From: Tubiluchus corallicola
Taxonomy: Eukaryota > Animalia > Priapulida
Direction: 5' to 3'
DNA length: 64,000 bases
NCBI GenBank assembly: GCA_030141605.1
Contig: JAQGDQ010000092.1
Coordinates: 186,001-250,000, forward strand
Under the pieces are notes generated by a model that was not told the DNA's origin, did not search any database, and saw only the letters and a program-made list of their open reading frames with translations. Positions 50,037 to 64,000 of the stretch are shown here, one piece after another. The position numbers were made by a program, and so were the translations under genes. The number at the start of each line of letters is the position of its first letter. Positions within the stretch are counted from its first letter, which is position 1.

Positions 50037-53000
50037 CTAGGAAACGAGAAAGTTTGTAAGCTTGTAATATGTGAAATGGTAGCTCATAAAACCAAACCTG
50101 GATATAATAACGCGACGTAGGTAAAAAATGTAATGATGAATTAGATATTTTTAAACACTTTGTTATACCATTTTTAAAATATTAATTAGTGTTCATGTTT
50201 AGATTCAAGTAATCGTTGCATTAATTGTATATATTGCTAAGAAGAATTTGTTGCTTGTTATATGAACGTATTAATTCTTAAATTCTTAATCTTAAGGTTT
50301 ATAAATAATAACATTTTTGGCAGTGCCATGCTTAGTCATAGCTACGCCTTTTTCTACACCCAGCCTTCCACACACAACATTGATGCATATAGCCACTAAC
50401 ATGTGTTTTCCAACTATTGTGCAGACAACTAGATACGGTTTTGCAGGCAGAAAGGTGAACAATTCTGTAAATACAAAAAGTTTGCGCCTACAAGTTTATA
50501 TAAGAGTGTTACAGCGGAAGACGTTAATTAGGACAAAGATAGAAAAAATGGGTAAAATCTTATTTCTTGTGACAAGGCTACTTAAATGTTTTACTGGTGA
50601 ACATTACATTATAATTATAGAAAGCATCATAAATATAATAATTATTTATTAAGGTAAAGACCGCACAATGCAAGCGAATGCAAACTATGCTATTACGCTA
50701 CTCTACGGCTAGTGGCTATAACACACTCACTATTCGGCTATTTGTATATTCGTAAATACCAAAAATTTTATGAAAGATTGTATTGTCACAGAAATATATT
50801 GTGATTTGTGAATGTATGGCGTGTGGTATTCTTAAATTGTCCTTGTGAGAGGTAATAAGCAGTGTTGTTTTGGTAAAACATCACAATGCACTTAATGCAA
50901 ATACTATATTAGACTAATAATACTGCTCAATAATCTCTATTATCTGCAAATCATAGTGACATTGTACTTGTACAGGCGGAAATGTCTGTTGAAGCGATAC
51001 TAGTGCACATTCATTCATAAACATTTGTAAAGAATTACAAACCATACCTGTGTGCTTACTTGTTCGAAATGGTGATATTACTAAATGCTTTGCAGTAGCT
51101 TAATACCTAGCAGCAGAGTTCACTTTGTATATATAGGGGACTCTCGTGCTTTGATTAAACTCACACGGTAAAGTTCACTTAAAGAGAGGCAGAATACATG
51201 ATCAGAATTACTGTAGTCAACAACAGGGACCTAACTAGTAAGGTAGCTAGTAACATAAATAGGAATGCACGTCTTTATACAATCACAATATTATTATTTT
51301 AAAAACTAAACCTAGAACGCATCCATAATGCTTATTGACTTATACATCACACTCCACAAACCAGACAAACCTCTCTCACATTCTTACCGAAGCAAAGCGA
51401 ACCGCTATAAAACAGCACGGCGCTTTTTGGGTTATTCTGGGAAGTAACTCTGTACAGCGGTCTATTTCGCCGTGATACCTGTGTCGCTCTCGTTTTCGTT
51501 ACTATTCAGGTAAAGCCAGATTTCATACTAGTACATCACAAATGTTTTATTTCTGTATTCTAATTTTTTATGAAAAACGGGCCATGGCCATGGTAAATGG
51601 CGCCAAAGAAGGTAATATTCGCTACGCGGAACCATTAAGCATAACGTACGTTACATTCTCGAGTGATGTTCTGAATGACATATGGGCTTGTTGGGCTTTG
51701 CATGCAAGACTATTTGAATATAGCTTACCGAATTCCATTAGTAAATTGGCTTTATTTTCTTAATGTTAGTGTTCAAGCAATACGATTACTACAGTCATTT
51801 TTTATAATTATTATAGTATTGTTTTGTTCACAAAAGGCTAAATCAACTGAAAACTAAAAATGGCATTTGATAAAATAAACGCTACAATCATTATAATAAA
51901 CTCCAAATACATGTCGTACAGACTTATTGTAGCACGTTGAACAGCTAAATTATAGCAAAATGATTATTTTAAAACTTTATGGCGGTGATAGTACTTATAT
52001 AATAATAAACTTAACTGAATTAAAATGACTAAAATCTAAGCACTAAAAACACTTACAGTGTATGTATTAATTGTGTACATGCACTTTATTAAGTTTTACC
52101 AAAGGAAAATATATTAAAAGAAACTACGTGTTTAATAGATACACATAGTAACTATTAGACAAGAGAATTATAGTCGATAACATAGATTAACAGAGGGAAT
52201 CCTGTATGTGTGGACGTGAATGAGAATAGAAATTTATATGATATTCATAAATCAAAATAAGTTTCTCTTCCGCGCTCTGTAGCGTGGAAATAGATAATAT
52301 GGAATGTGGAAATAGTACATTTACAGTGTTGGGGTTGTATAGATAGAGACAGTGTGTGCAAAAAGCCAAAGTAAGGCGACACAAATTCCAACTTGTGATT
52401 CTAGTGTACTGCGAGCTGGACGGAGCCATTTCATAGCATTGTTAACGAAGCTTCTAGCTGAAAAATGGGCAGATCTTTTGTGGGTTGAGGTCTGCGATTA
52501 AACAAATCTGTGACCTAAAAATGCTGCCTTGTTTACTTATAAATATCAAACTGCGAAATTACAACCTAATCCACTGTTCTCTTCATGTTTACGTTTTTCA
52601 GAATGTATAACTGTATAAATTATGAAAAATAAGAAAATATCTAAAATGAATACATGTGATACTTTGCAAACAAAACAGATAACGAATTTAGATTTGAAAT
52701 TTTCATTTATTACGCTTGCATTTAAAATCGAGTGCCACGTTTACTGAATTTTACAAATCGGTAGCCTTCAAACAGCAGTACACTACAAGATCACAAAGTT
52801 GTATGTAGTTGTTTTGTACACTTGTGCGCCAAGGCATTGCGTGTGAAGATACATTATATGGGCACATGCACGTGCATTTGTGTACATGTGCTTGCTTCGT
52901 CAGGTACGGAAGGCCAACCCGTCCTCTTCTTTCTCTAGCTCTCTACTGCCCTTATTCTCTATTAGTGATGCACAGTGACTTAGTGCAAAATCTTTAGCCT

Positions 53001-54972
53001 TTATACCAGGTGCAGCAGCGTTATTTTTTAATGCGGCATCGGATTTCTTTGGTGCCACTTATATGGCATCTATAAAGTACGTTCAAATTTACCACTGGCG
53101 TACGGATAGTGCGTGGGCATACTTTGCTATAATGCTATGTGGCTGGGTGCAAAAAGTAGACCTAAGTGACACGACTGCGCGTGCGCATGCATGATTGCGT
53201 GTGACTGCATCAGTGAAAGAAGCTGACGGCCAGACCTAATCAGTAACAGCACCCAATAATGTATGTTCACCACATACCCCAACATATCCACAATGCTGCA
53301 ATAGAAAAACCACATAGTTACTGAAACGCTAAACAGAACCCAAAATTTCAGGCATTGACAGCAGCCATATTGCCACAAATTCGCCACGTGTACGCTCGTA
53401 AATGTTACAACAAGAAATAATGCCAGCTAGCTCACAATAAATAAAACTGGCGCACTAACATTCAGTAAAGTAATCGACAAAGAAAAAGAAATACATTTAC
53501 TTAGCCAGATTTAAATGCGCACGCGTGCAAGAAACCCCGAAACTTTCTTGCGCATGCTTGGCATTTAAATATGTAGGCTAATGACTAGTCGCACTGGGCA
53601 CGTAAAAAATTTTTACGACTCATTTTTTGTGAGACTGGCGTGAGGCACCACTCGCACCAGTTAGAATGCTTCATCTTCCTTGCTAATAGATGCCGTTGCG
53701 TTTTACGTAAAATACTAATACTAGTCCTGTTTACACAGTGGATTAGTGGTATCGCCATTTACCAGAATATGTATAGAAGCTAGCACCTTTAAGAAATGAT
53801 AAACAATGCAACCATACATTTAACAAAAATCACTAAAGTAACAAATTATTAAAGACATCAAAATAAAAAACATCCCGCACACATTGAACAAGAAAAATTA
53901 AACAACATGTTCTTCGTGTTATTGTGTAAGACCTACGCAACATCGCAGTGTCACGCACGCACAAACAAAAAAAGACCAAAATTGGTCATTGGTCGACGCG
54001 CGTCAGCGAGAAGTGAGTGTCAGCTCGCGCTTATTGTTGTTAGAGGAATTCACAACAAGTTTTGCTCTCTCGTCTGAACACACTTGCTAGTTACTTGACG
54101 ACTTACTTGGCGAGTTTACTTGGCGATAAAGGTCGCTAGTCTGAACGAGCAGTAAGACACCCATGCTCGTTCAGTAGCTCATTTTTGGGTTCAGATGTAA
54201 AACAGACTGTGGATGGCCTCGTCTTTCCTCATCATGCAAATGCGAAATGCTTAGCATATGTTAAAACACAATGAAACCGATAACAGAGTTTTAAATTCTA
54301 AATTGATCCTCTATTGCAGGTTGAGAATTGATCAGCTTTCAACGACTGATTCAAGAAAGCCGTCACTAAGAGCTTTTCTGTGTAAACCACGCTTTGCGAA
54401 TATTTAGAAGCGAAATCTCTCTTATTCGTATTCAAATACGAGTCAACAGTAAAAGTGATTTCAGCCCATCGCTTGTTACTTTTAATTAAAACTGTAGCAA
54501 TTAACAGAATCTGAATAATTTAAGCTTATTTACTCCATTGCTAACCGCAATTGCAACTGATTGTATGATTGGACACAGCGTAAGAAACATTAGCTGTATC
54601 TTCAATCATGCAACATTGTGAAGTTTCGATATCACTAACGATAATAAAACGTTCTGATTATATATTCATCTATTATTATGCTCACAAACAAATTGGTTAA
54701 AAGAAAAGAAAAAGAAAAGAATGCCATTGGTAAGCACTGTTTCGACCCTAGGACCTTAAGCCACAAGCCACTCATCAGTTAGGTAAGTTAGCCAATGAAG
54801 GCATTGAGTCCTTACTGTCTTTACTTCAAATCTAGTTCAGCTGCAACTTCTCACGTTTATTTATTTATCTATTTTTGTTTAGCTTACAAATTTAATAATT
54901 AGCTCATAAATTTCATGTATTTTTCATTGCGTAAATTAACTGCACACATGCCTAAAGGAAGTCCATACTTAC

Positions 54973-54999
54973 GTTGCAAATGGTAGTGTCCCAGGTCAG
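54973..54999 (-). CDS. NRXN1: Candidate 27-nt neurexin microexon at the SS2-equivalent position (LTWDTTICN)
   Basis: ttctgcttatgcag|CTG ACC TGG GAC ACT ACC ATT TGC AAC|gtaagt. Phase 0-0, matching both flanking exons. Confidence 0.7.
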
Positions 55000-55803
55000 C
55001 TGCATAAGCAGAATAATATTAATATCACCAATAAAACGCCAAAATAACACAATGTTATCCTACAATAACGCAAATTGTTTTGCAATGTTAACATTATTAA
55101 AGACGCTATAACATAACTACCCTTAGGTTCACACAAAACCAGACTTTCAGTGTTTTAAAGTTTTAAAAGTTATAATCTTGGAAGGAAGTTCTGGAGAATC
55201 TCCTTAGCATGGAAAAACCTTTATAAAACTTAGAATGTCACAAAACGTCTGGAAATTTATATCGAGTGCCTCAAAAGTCACTCTGCTTTATTTTTTATTA
55301 CTTTCATTAGCAAACAGAACAAAAAATTGAAAATACGTTAGTACATGTAGAGCAAAGACCCTTAACGTAAATTCTTTTATTTTTTTTAAAAACCTGGAAA
55401 GACTGTTTTATTGTAATGACAGACTTCTACATACAGGTCACCTTCTTCAAAGCATTTCAGTGAAGTTCAGTCACTGAACAATTTTACTTAAATGTTTGCT
55501 CAGCAATCTCTGATGCTGATTTTAAGTTCATAAAGGTCTTCTGAAAGGTCATAGGGTGGCAAATAAGGCGAGATAGATGGCCTCGCCCTCCAAATCATCG
55601 ATCGGGAAATATTGTATTAAGAAAACCTCTCGTGAATTTTGAGAGGCTTCGTCTTCGCAAAAAACTACATTGTTCGCAAAAACTACCTACTACTGACTGT
55701 GGCTGTAACCATCTTAAAGCGTAGATATACATATTGACTTTCGAGACACCCAGTATTTTAATTAGTAATACAACTGTAGCTAGCCAATCATTTGCTACCA
55801 TAC

Positions 55804-55964
55804 CTCTCTTACAAGACGCTCAACTTTTACCACATGCCACCGCCCATCATCAAATCTGACACCAAGCGGGTTAAGCTTTGCTTCTAAAACTCCTGATCCC
55901 AAGTTGACAACTAACTCTAGGTGCCCATCACGTATATACAACAACATGTATTCTAACTTGTGAC
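55804..55964 (-). CDS. NRXN1: Neurexin LNS2 exon
   Basis: ttgcag|GT CAC...GAG|gtatgg. Encodes YMLLYIRDGHLELVVNLGSG...RFDDGRWHVVKVER. Confidence 0.93.
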
Positions 55965-56126
55965 CTGCAAGCAGCAATTTCATCTTTATCTGCTTCACCA
56001 GGAATGTGAGCTTTAGTTACGAAGTTTAGTGAATACACAGTTTAGTAGCAAAAATTTGGTACGGCCGTTAGTTTTCCAAAGTAAAACTAACTCTGGTTGT
56101 TAGTGTATCGATCATAGAGTGAACAT

Positions 56127-56188
56127 AGATATGAACCGGGAGCTTTGGATTACAAATCTAGGACTAACGCCATAACCACTAGACCACA
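56127..56188 (-). mobile_element. Degenerate tRNA-derived SINE head (not a functional tRNA)
   Basis: Minus strand has an A-box TGGTCTAGTGG and a B-box-like GGTTCATATCT at tRNA spacing. No acceptor stem. A similar remnant lies at about 13383-13439. Confidence 0.45.
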
Positions 56189-56580
56189 TACAGATCAATT
56201 AAAGTCATAATTCGATCCAAATAGTTCACCAAGCAATTCAACATTTTCACTGGTTAAGTTACTCACTTACGAACTACATAAATTAACAAATTATTACTTA
56301 AATTAACATAAGTAATAAAATTAATTTGTGACCTAATTTGTGAAATTTAACACATCCTGAAAATTGACGAGCTGACCCAGTGACCATGGACTTGATTACC
56401 TTTATCACTGACTAGATTATATCAGGTAAAACAATAGTTAATTAACAATATGAAGATCAGCAAAACAGAGGAAATGATAAAAAACATTGCACTCCAAAAG
56501 TGTGCCAAAAGAAAATTGAGAAAATTTGAAATTTGCTGCAACAAATAACTCACGTTAATATCACATATAAAGTTACCAAC

Positions 56581-56727
56581 CTGTAAAAAAGAGAAGACCA
56601 CTAGGTTGCTGTGTTTTAAACTGTACATGGAAGCTTTCACTTCTGCTGATAATGGAACCACCCCAGAGAGACATATTATAGCCTATGTACTCAGATCCTC
56701 GAAATGATAGTTCCACTGGTTGTTTTG
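56581..56727 (-). CDS. NRXN1: Neurexin LNS2 N-terminal exon (most 5' exon identified in the window)
   Basis: ttacag|CA AAA...ACA G|gttggt. Encodes KQPVELSFRGSEYIGYNMSLWGGSIISRSESFHVQFKTQQPSGLLFFTG. Confidence 0.9.
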
Positions 56728-59700
56728 CTGTAATAAATAGAAAACAATGATAAAATCTCTTATTTTTTAAAATTTGCTTATTATTGCAATAATTTTTGTT
56801 GAGAAAGATGGCGCTTAGTATTGCAGGAATGCAGCACTCACCAGCAAGGCCTACTTAAAGCGGATGATTGCGGTAGCATCAGAATCTTACTAATTATCGA
56901 GGATAATCTACTAAGATGAAACACTGAACCATGAGAAGCGTTTAATCCACATTCAGATGTGTACACACGACGTAAACAAGCTAGTATCAGTATGGTACAT
57001 GAAACCGCCAAGAGCGAGTGTTACTTCATTGACTTAGATGGTTTTATGGGTCATGACTTACATACTTGTGATCTATGAAAAGCCGATACGTTTCTTCCCA
57101 AGTAAGGACCCAAAGTAAAAAACTGTTAAAAAATAATCAAATAATCGACTCTATGTGGAACTTGCTGACAGAGAATCACCTACACTTCTCAGATAAAGTG
57201 TAGTACGTACAGCAGCATATTTGTGCTGTATATACGTCTTTTAATTACACGTATGTGTACGTATAATAATTTTAATTTAATTGCCATCTTGACGTAAACG
57301 AGCTCTGCTCAATCAAATACTGAATAAATAATTTACTTTAATTTAGTCGGCGAAATCATTAATACAGAGACTTTATTGCCCTCAAAATTTAATTTTATTT
57401 AGCACTCCAGGCAAATATTAGCCTTTTTTGTCCAGTCCGGGAAACCAATTATTCCTAAACTCTATTCATTGACTCTATGAAAATGCTGGATGCGTTATGA
57501 GTAGGTCTTCAAATCAGGAAGCGTGTTTTATCGTTGAGGTTACAGTGAGAAAATGCCACATGTCTTACCTTCCATGGAAATACACACTCTGATCACGACG
57601 TTTTTTTACTCGCTTCTCTGCGCTTTCAAGCACTCTTTTGCCGCTGACAATACATCTCTTTGCCTAAATCTATTTTATAACAGATCTCGCATTATCTTGG
57701 TTGACGTACATATGTAAAACATTTATTAGCTGATGATGCCTGGCTGCTTTTTTTCATGTATTATTTACGCCGCAAACTCGGCATTGAATCTTAAAAGCGC
57801 CAGCATGTTATTGTACAGACAAGTATCGACCTTTGAAAATCCTATAAAAGATGTCCAGCGTTGCGAATGCAAATTTTTCTCGTGTCAAAACAGATGTCCG
57901 ATTATTGACAAGGGAAAACACATGGGAAGGAACAAATTACCAGCCCAGAAGAAGAAGCACAATTAGAATACGTCAATGAATGTCAATATTCAGCTACAAC
58001 TAAATGAAAGTCAAACTTAGCTGAAGGACGGGAAGACGTCAAGTAATATTTTGAAAAGGGGTTAAGGATTTTTCTCGAAAGAATTGAACAAGCTGCCCGA
58101 GTTTCGAAGTAAGGGTGATCTACCGACTACGAAGCTAATAAGGTCATACTGCAAATTTTTCAAGATTTTTTCAGGCGCTTTGAATATTCCTGCGGCCATA
58201 CTGTGTGTGCTATTTTAAAATTCACGGGAAAAAGCAGGCAATAACTGGACAGCGAAGTGATTTGTGTCCAACTTGCCAAACAACTATGCCCAGCTGTAAA
58301 TGCACAACACGACTCTAGATTCATGTGTAAACGAAGGATAAAAATATGCTTTAAATGATAATGATTTTAGAATAAAATGATAAAACGATAATTACAAAAA
58401 CGCCGTACGAAATATACTCATTTCCTAAAAGTGAGCCAGCAGGTGAAACCACCTCGTGCAAATAGGTCCAGTGTGAACAGTTAGTCACAATTCAGCGAGT
58501 GTGATATCCTTCAGTGATATAACTGAGTCTTTTTTGCTTACTGAGTCATTTTGCTTGACAATTTTTTGTTGTTCGGTAAGTACATGACAGTGATATATTT
58601 TCAGGAATAATGACCGTCAAACGCACACGCATTTTTCACGGTTTCTTAGTTTGCCTAAAGACTTTCTATTGTAGCGGCTGTCAATACTAACACAAGTTTG
58701 TGAGGCTGGGCCGGTCAAGCGATACTTACCGTTGCTCTGCCTATCTGTCTATAGAGCAATAGCAGCAAGAAATCAACAGTAGTTAACTGAATGGAAGCCT
58801 GTGCTTGGCGAATCTTTATAATTGCTTTGGAAACACGAGTTTGTCACGAAAATTAAAAACTTGCTTTTTGAACTTGACTTTGGGACTTGAGGAAGTAAAT
58901 TAGCTTAAACCATTGCTACTTTAAATACTCAATAGTTAAAAGCTGTAAATTTGCAAAAATAGAATATGATCCAATTTTTTTACATATTGATCCTTTTCAT
59001 AAATGTCACTAATTTTCAGAACCACAAGTCTTCTTTTGTTTCATTCTTCTCCAATAATATTGCTCCAGAGTAAAAATTTGGTCTTCAAAAAGTAAATAAA
59101 AGAAGAGTCACTGACTCACTGTGGAGTGTATGATCACTAGTTATTACTGAGTAGTTAGAACTATATGTGTGCCGTCCGTGGCCGCACAGGCAGCTGTAAG
59201 TACACTAAAGTGTAGCAGATTGGACCTTAATGTGTCGCTGTCACGCAAGTTTAGCTATTATACGCCAGTCTCAACACTTTACTTGCGTCATTAACGCCTT
59301 TTTATCTATTTATGTTACTTCCATAAGCAGCAAATGGTCGCGCTAAAAACCCTTGGGAGCTTCTCTGCCGTTAAGTTGGTTATCTTCTTTATAAACTAAG
59401 AACTTCAGATTATCGCGCGTTATAACCTCACCTGGTAGATGGTAAGAGAAAATGGAAATCAGAGGAATTTCATGCTGTGATTTCCTCTGAAGTGAAACTT
59501 TGAAAGGACGCCAATAGGCAGAATATCACATATAATAGAAATCGACTGGAGCAGGAAATATACAAAACAGACTTAACGAAAAATCGAAGGCAACGTGGAA
59601 AGATGAAAAATGGAAACTCTCCTAAAATTGAAAAGCCAAACGAACACTTAGTTCTTTCTGTTTCTGTAACTGAACTAAAAACGCAACACTGAAAAAAGTA

Positions 59701-60414
59701 GTTCTTTAGGCTAGCTTGTTCGAGGTAATAACTAATGTGGTACAATGGTGTTTTTACAATGGTAGTACAGTCATTTCCAACGAATCTAATAGGCTCTTAC
59801 CTCAGAAATATTATCTCAGATCCATAGTTCAAAACGAAAATTATGTACGTAACTATATATCGATAGCACTGCTATAAGTAACTCATAAGGCATAATCAAC
59901 AGTAGCTTCGAGCGTTCATGATCTTAGTGAATTATCCGCAATTGACGCGATTAAAGTTGCTCAAAACTATAATAATTAGATCATTAGTTGTATCATAAAT
60001 GTTGTTACGCTATGATGCACTACTCTTTTCCCATTATAAATGGGTTGCTTTTCTTGCAGCATTAATAATTAAAATTCTCACTGGATTCTCCTACAAAGTT
60101 CCACAATTTCGCAGCAATTTTTTGATAATTACTTTGCCAAATTACATCTTCTCGAACAGCTATTTCGACTTTCAAAAGTTATAACTTGTAGTAGATTTTG
60201 TATAAACCGGTAGCGCTTAAACAATACCTAATTATTGAAGCGAAAATGTTATTAGACATACATGTGAATTGTGAAAGTTGGCTGTCTCATATTGTTAATA
60301 GCTCAACTTAGAACTACTGAATCCTTGAATAAAAAATACTGAGAAATGGAGAAACATAGACGGAAGGGGGAGAGAAAGAAAGAGAATGTGAGGACGGGAA
60401 AAAAGAACAGAAAC

Positions 60415-60549
<135 letters not shown>

Positions 60550-63500
60550 GGACACGACATGCGCAATCACTTTAGCCCATGTTGTCCTGTCACCCACAAC
60601 TTTGCGTCTAGCTATGACCTTCTTTTGTTGCTGATAAGCTTCAATTTTTTTTGCATTTTTTTCAATGATTTAACTCATTTACAGGATTTTTTCAATTTTG
60701 TCTTATTCAAACGTGGCAGATCTATTATTTGTCAGTGTCACCCTCTACCAAAGCTTATTTTGATCATTTGTTTTTGATATATGCGCTGTAGATATCCTTG
60801 ACTATACGCCATCAGAAACTTCAAGTATGTGAGAAGGACGAATTTCATTTACATATTCTTATAGTTTTGCTGCAAACAGACGGAAGTGAACACTCTAAAT
60901 TGATAAAAAACTATTTGCGTTTTGCTCAAATGCGAACTAAATCAATATTAGTATCAAAAAGATCTGTTCTATACCCTGAAAGTGATAATAACCATTAGCC
61001 AAGGTTAGTAAATATCGCGCGAGGGCCATTATAATCGCTTGAAGTGATTGCTGTAGGAAGCCAGCTTATACCTAGGCCTACTATAACTCTCGCATGTATC
61101 GAAAGGAGGTCAGCAACTTTTGCGCCATGTACGGCACGTCGTTTGATATGGCGTGCAAATAATATTGTCCACGTAGTCAGTTATAACATATGGTGACTTT
61201 GTAAATTATTGGACAACTTAAGTGGGCAGATAGATGTTTTTGTTGGTAGAGATTTCCACGAAGTTTGGTGACAAGTAAGATGTTGTCTCATTGCTGCAAA
61301 CGTATCGTTGAGAAGTGCTATGGACGTGCCGGCAAACCGTTGAGAGGCGGATCCATGTTTGAGGTGACGAGGCACCCCAGCACGGTTCAACATCCCAGAA
61401 GTTGTAAGTTGCACGATTTAGTATTTCCTTAAATGATGCTAGTAGTTGTGTGTAAGCTAGATTTAACCTCCCTTGCTGTTCAAGAAATTCGTGGTAGCGT
61501 TAATAAATACTGAGCTGCAACTTCGTCGTACTCAGTAGACCTGCGCAGCCTGCATTGTATGAGTCTATGAGATAATGCCAGTTGATCATCATAGCGCTAG
61601 CGAGGACTACGTCATTTGGGGTGGCATGTAGTTAGGCAAATAGGTACCCCTTTTTAGTTATGCCTTATTTGCCAATTTAATTGTTAATTTATTGACTTGA
61701 TACTGAAAGTCCTAGGCTTAAAGTGTTTTGTTTATTTAGTGAACACGATAAAAGGTAACCTTATTTTGTTCATTTAAAAGTAAGTGTGTGACTAATTATA
61801 GTGCCCTTTTTTATATTTTTTGTTGTTGTTTAATAATAATAGCCATAAAATTTACGCTGTTCGTTGTTTGTGCCTTAGTTGTCTATGCATTGACGTTTGC
61901 ATTATTACAAAGAAAAGAACAATCGATTACTACAAGCAAATTAAACTACACATCCCACATCAGAACCAATCTGCTCAATAGACACGTAGACTGCCTATAA
62001 GCTTGCCACTGTCTGGAACTAACAAATAGATGATTGGTCCCCCCTTTTCTTTAGCTCGGTCAGCGACTACCATCGATTAACCAAACTTCCCCTAATCGTC
62101 AGATCGTTACGGTAGGCCTTTACTAGCTGGTAAAGTAACACTTTAGAAACTATTTCGAGTGATGAACACAAAATGCAGCTTTAAGTTACTTCGGTATCAC
62201 GAGGTATAGAATTCTGCGTTAATAACACAAAAACATTCTCTCGAAATTTTATTTAACGCCTGAAAATAGCGGCATGTGCTAATTTTGTTAAACAATATAA
62301 GTAATGAATTCCATCAGTGCAGATTGCTCTTATTAGACTGCACAAAAAAATTTTCTTATTAGACTGAAATTTCTGATTACGCAACAAACATTAACGATAT
62401 GTAAAGACCAACAGCAATATAAGAGAAACTTCAGAAAAGCCTAGAAAATGATTACCTTTACGTTTGCATTTAAAAGCACATGTGCATGGTGCATACAGGC
62501 AGAAAGAAGAAAGACAGAAATAAACATCTGTGCAAACGTCCGTGTATATATCAGTAAACACAGTTACACAGACGTCATACTATTACATTCCTCAGCAATT
62601 CTGATTCATCATATTTTGCGGGATTATTCAAATTACGTTACACGTGTTTTTCTGAATGGTCAATTGTGATACCCATTTGCATTAAATACCAAAACTTTTG
62701 TTTGCTCTTTTGGTTTCCTCCTATTTTTTGCTCCTTCTTTCCTTTGTCTGTTTAATGCTTTTTTAATTTCATTACTGTTTGTCCTTTTCCGTCGTTCAGC
62801 CACTTTCTTTCATTGCTTTTTTCCATTTTTCCTTTTTATGCCTATTTTTTTATCTCTTTTTGTTCTCTTAGTATCTCTTTTTCTCCTTTCTTCTGTGGTT
62901 TCTTTTTCTGCCCTCTTTCTTCTTTGTTCCTTTTTCGCGTTTCCCTGTCTCTTCGGCCATTTATTTCATAGCATTTTTCTCTTCTTTTCTACAATAATAT
63001 GCTGATTCTCCTTGTTTTTCGTTTCTTCTGATGTACTTCACACGTTGTTAGCTTCATATGCCTAATGATCCATTTTTAGTTCAGTCAGATCGTATACTAT
63101 AGGAGACGATATCAAGTTAATTAACTCCCATAGAGAATAAAGATAATATTCTGCACAGTAATAACTCGTGGACAGGCCAAACTGAGAGTACTTTCTGGAC
63201 GAGTAAAATGAAATATTAATTTCTCTCCGCGAGTTTCAATCTCTGCAGTTGGTTTCATATCATGACGGCAAAATTGGGTTTCACTTTTACCAACACGCAA
63301 ACACAGAAATGCCACTAAAAGCCAATTTGTGAAATTGCTTGAGCTCGCAAAAGCTATTAATGAATTCAGTGAATATTATTCTGAATGGGATGGAACGATT
63401 TCTGCGACCAACACAAAGAAATGGTGCAGCGTGATTGGTTTATGATTGCGCCAAATTTTCGAGGAAAGCATTGTGGTATAAAATGAAGGCACTTCAGAAA

Positions 63501-64000
63501 AGTGCTCCGCGACCATGGCATCTGTTCGCCTTGTATAGACCTATCCGTGAGTTCAAGTAGTGGGCAACTGTTGCACCCAGAAAGTAAAAATAAGATTCGG
63601 ATACCTTACTTTGGGCACAAATGAGAGTCAGTTTAGCAAGGTTAACAAATAGTTATTGAAACAAATCCGGAAGGTAACACTGCAACCGAGGTAATTGTTT
63701 GTTTACTATTCAAAGAAAAGAATCAATTCCTACGCTCTAGGTGACCTGCAAATTACCAGAAAACGACTACAAACCAACAGACGCAAGCTAAAAAACCATT
63801 GATGTCAAAACTGTATTAACAAAGTATTTTTAGGGCTCACTTCTATTGCTTCACTACTTGGTATTGAGATCGAAACTACGATTCAGAACCGATAATTTTC
63901 TAAGTAAGTTGTGGTTTGTTCAGTGTTTCTGTGTGTTTAAACTCATCTGTTGGTGACTCTAACACTCTAACTCAACCTAAGCCAACCCAAATTAACTTAA

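Noticed and set aside
51388-51404. 17-nt AG...GT-bounded segment in the SS2 intron (ttttatag|...|gtaaga)
   Set aside because: Not a multiple of 3. Could only be a poison exon, with no supporting evidence.
51729-51758. 30-nt candidate microexon with gtaagc donor
   Set aside because: Contains an in-frame TAA in the required phase and has a poor pyrimidine tract.
56127-56188. Possible tRNA gene
   Set aside because: A/B boxes only, with no cloverleaf pairing. Treated as a SINE remnant.
58730-58860. Strong donor G|gtaagt with a Leu-rich upstream frame, as a possible neurexin signal-peptide exon
   Set aside because: The phase-compatible frame has a stop, and the hydrophobic frame has no ATG and the wrong phase.
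61181-63600. Short ORFs checked as candidate neurexin LNS1/EGF1 exons
   Set aside because: No LamG or EGF cysteine pattern in the minus-strand frames examined.

Overview
AT-rich, intron-containing invertebrate (bilaterian) genomic DNA, not prokaryotic. The minus strand carries three main genes. (1) Most of an alpha-neurexin: 15 phase-consistent exons plus a candidate 27-nt microexon, covering LNS2 through the C-terminal EWYV PDZ motif (36243-56727). Signal peptide, LNS1 and EGF1 were not found and probably lie beyond the window. (2) A two-exon THIK-type K2P potassium channel (KCNK12/13-like; 7023-22650). (3) A two-exon TSSK4-like kinase nested in the channel's 14.3-kb intron, with a degenerate Gly-loop, HRDxK and DFG motifs (probable pseudokinase). 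I also reconstructed a small plus-strand spliced ORF for a secreted-looking acidic protein (32815-34121) that the ORF track shows only in part. The remainder is decayed LINEs (CR1/L2-like, RTE-like), non-autonomous DNA elements (two Kolobok-like TTAA copies, a hAT MITE, a Harbinger-like MITE, foldback-like elements), microsatellites, and a minisatellite derived from a neurexin exon/intron junction. All exon boundaries were read by hand and lack transcript support.
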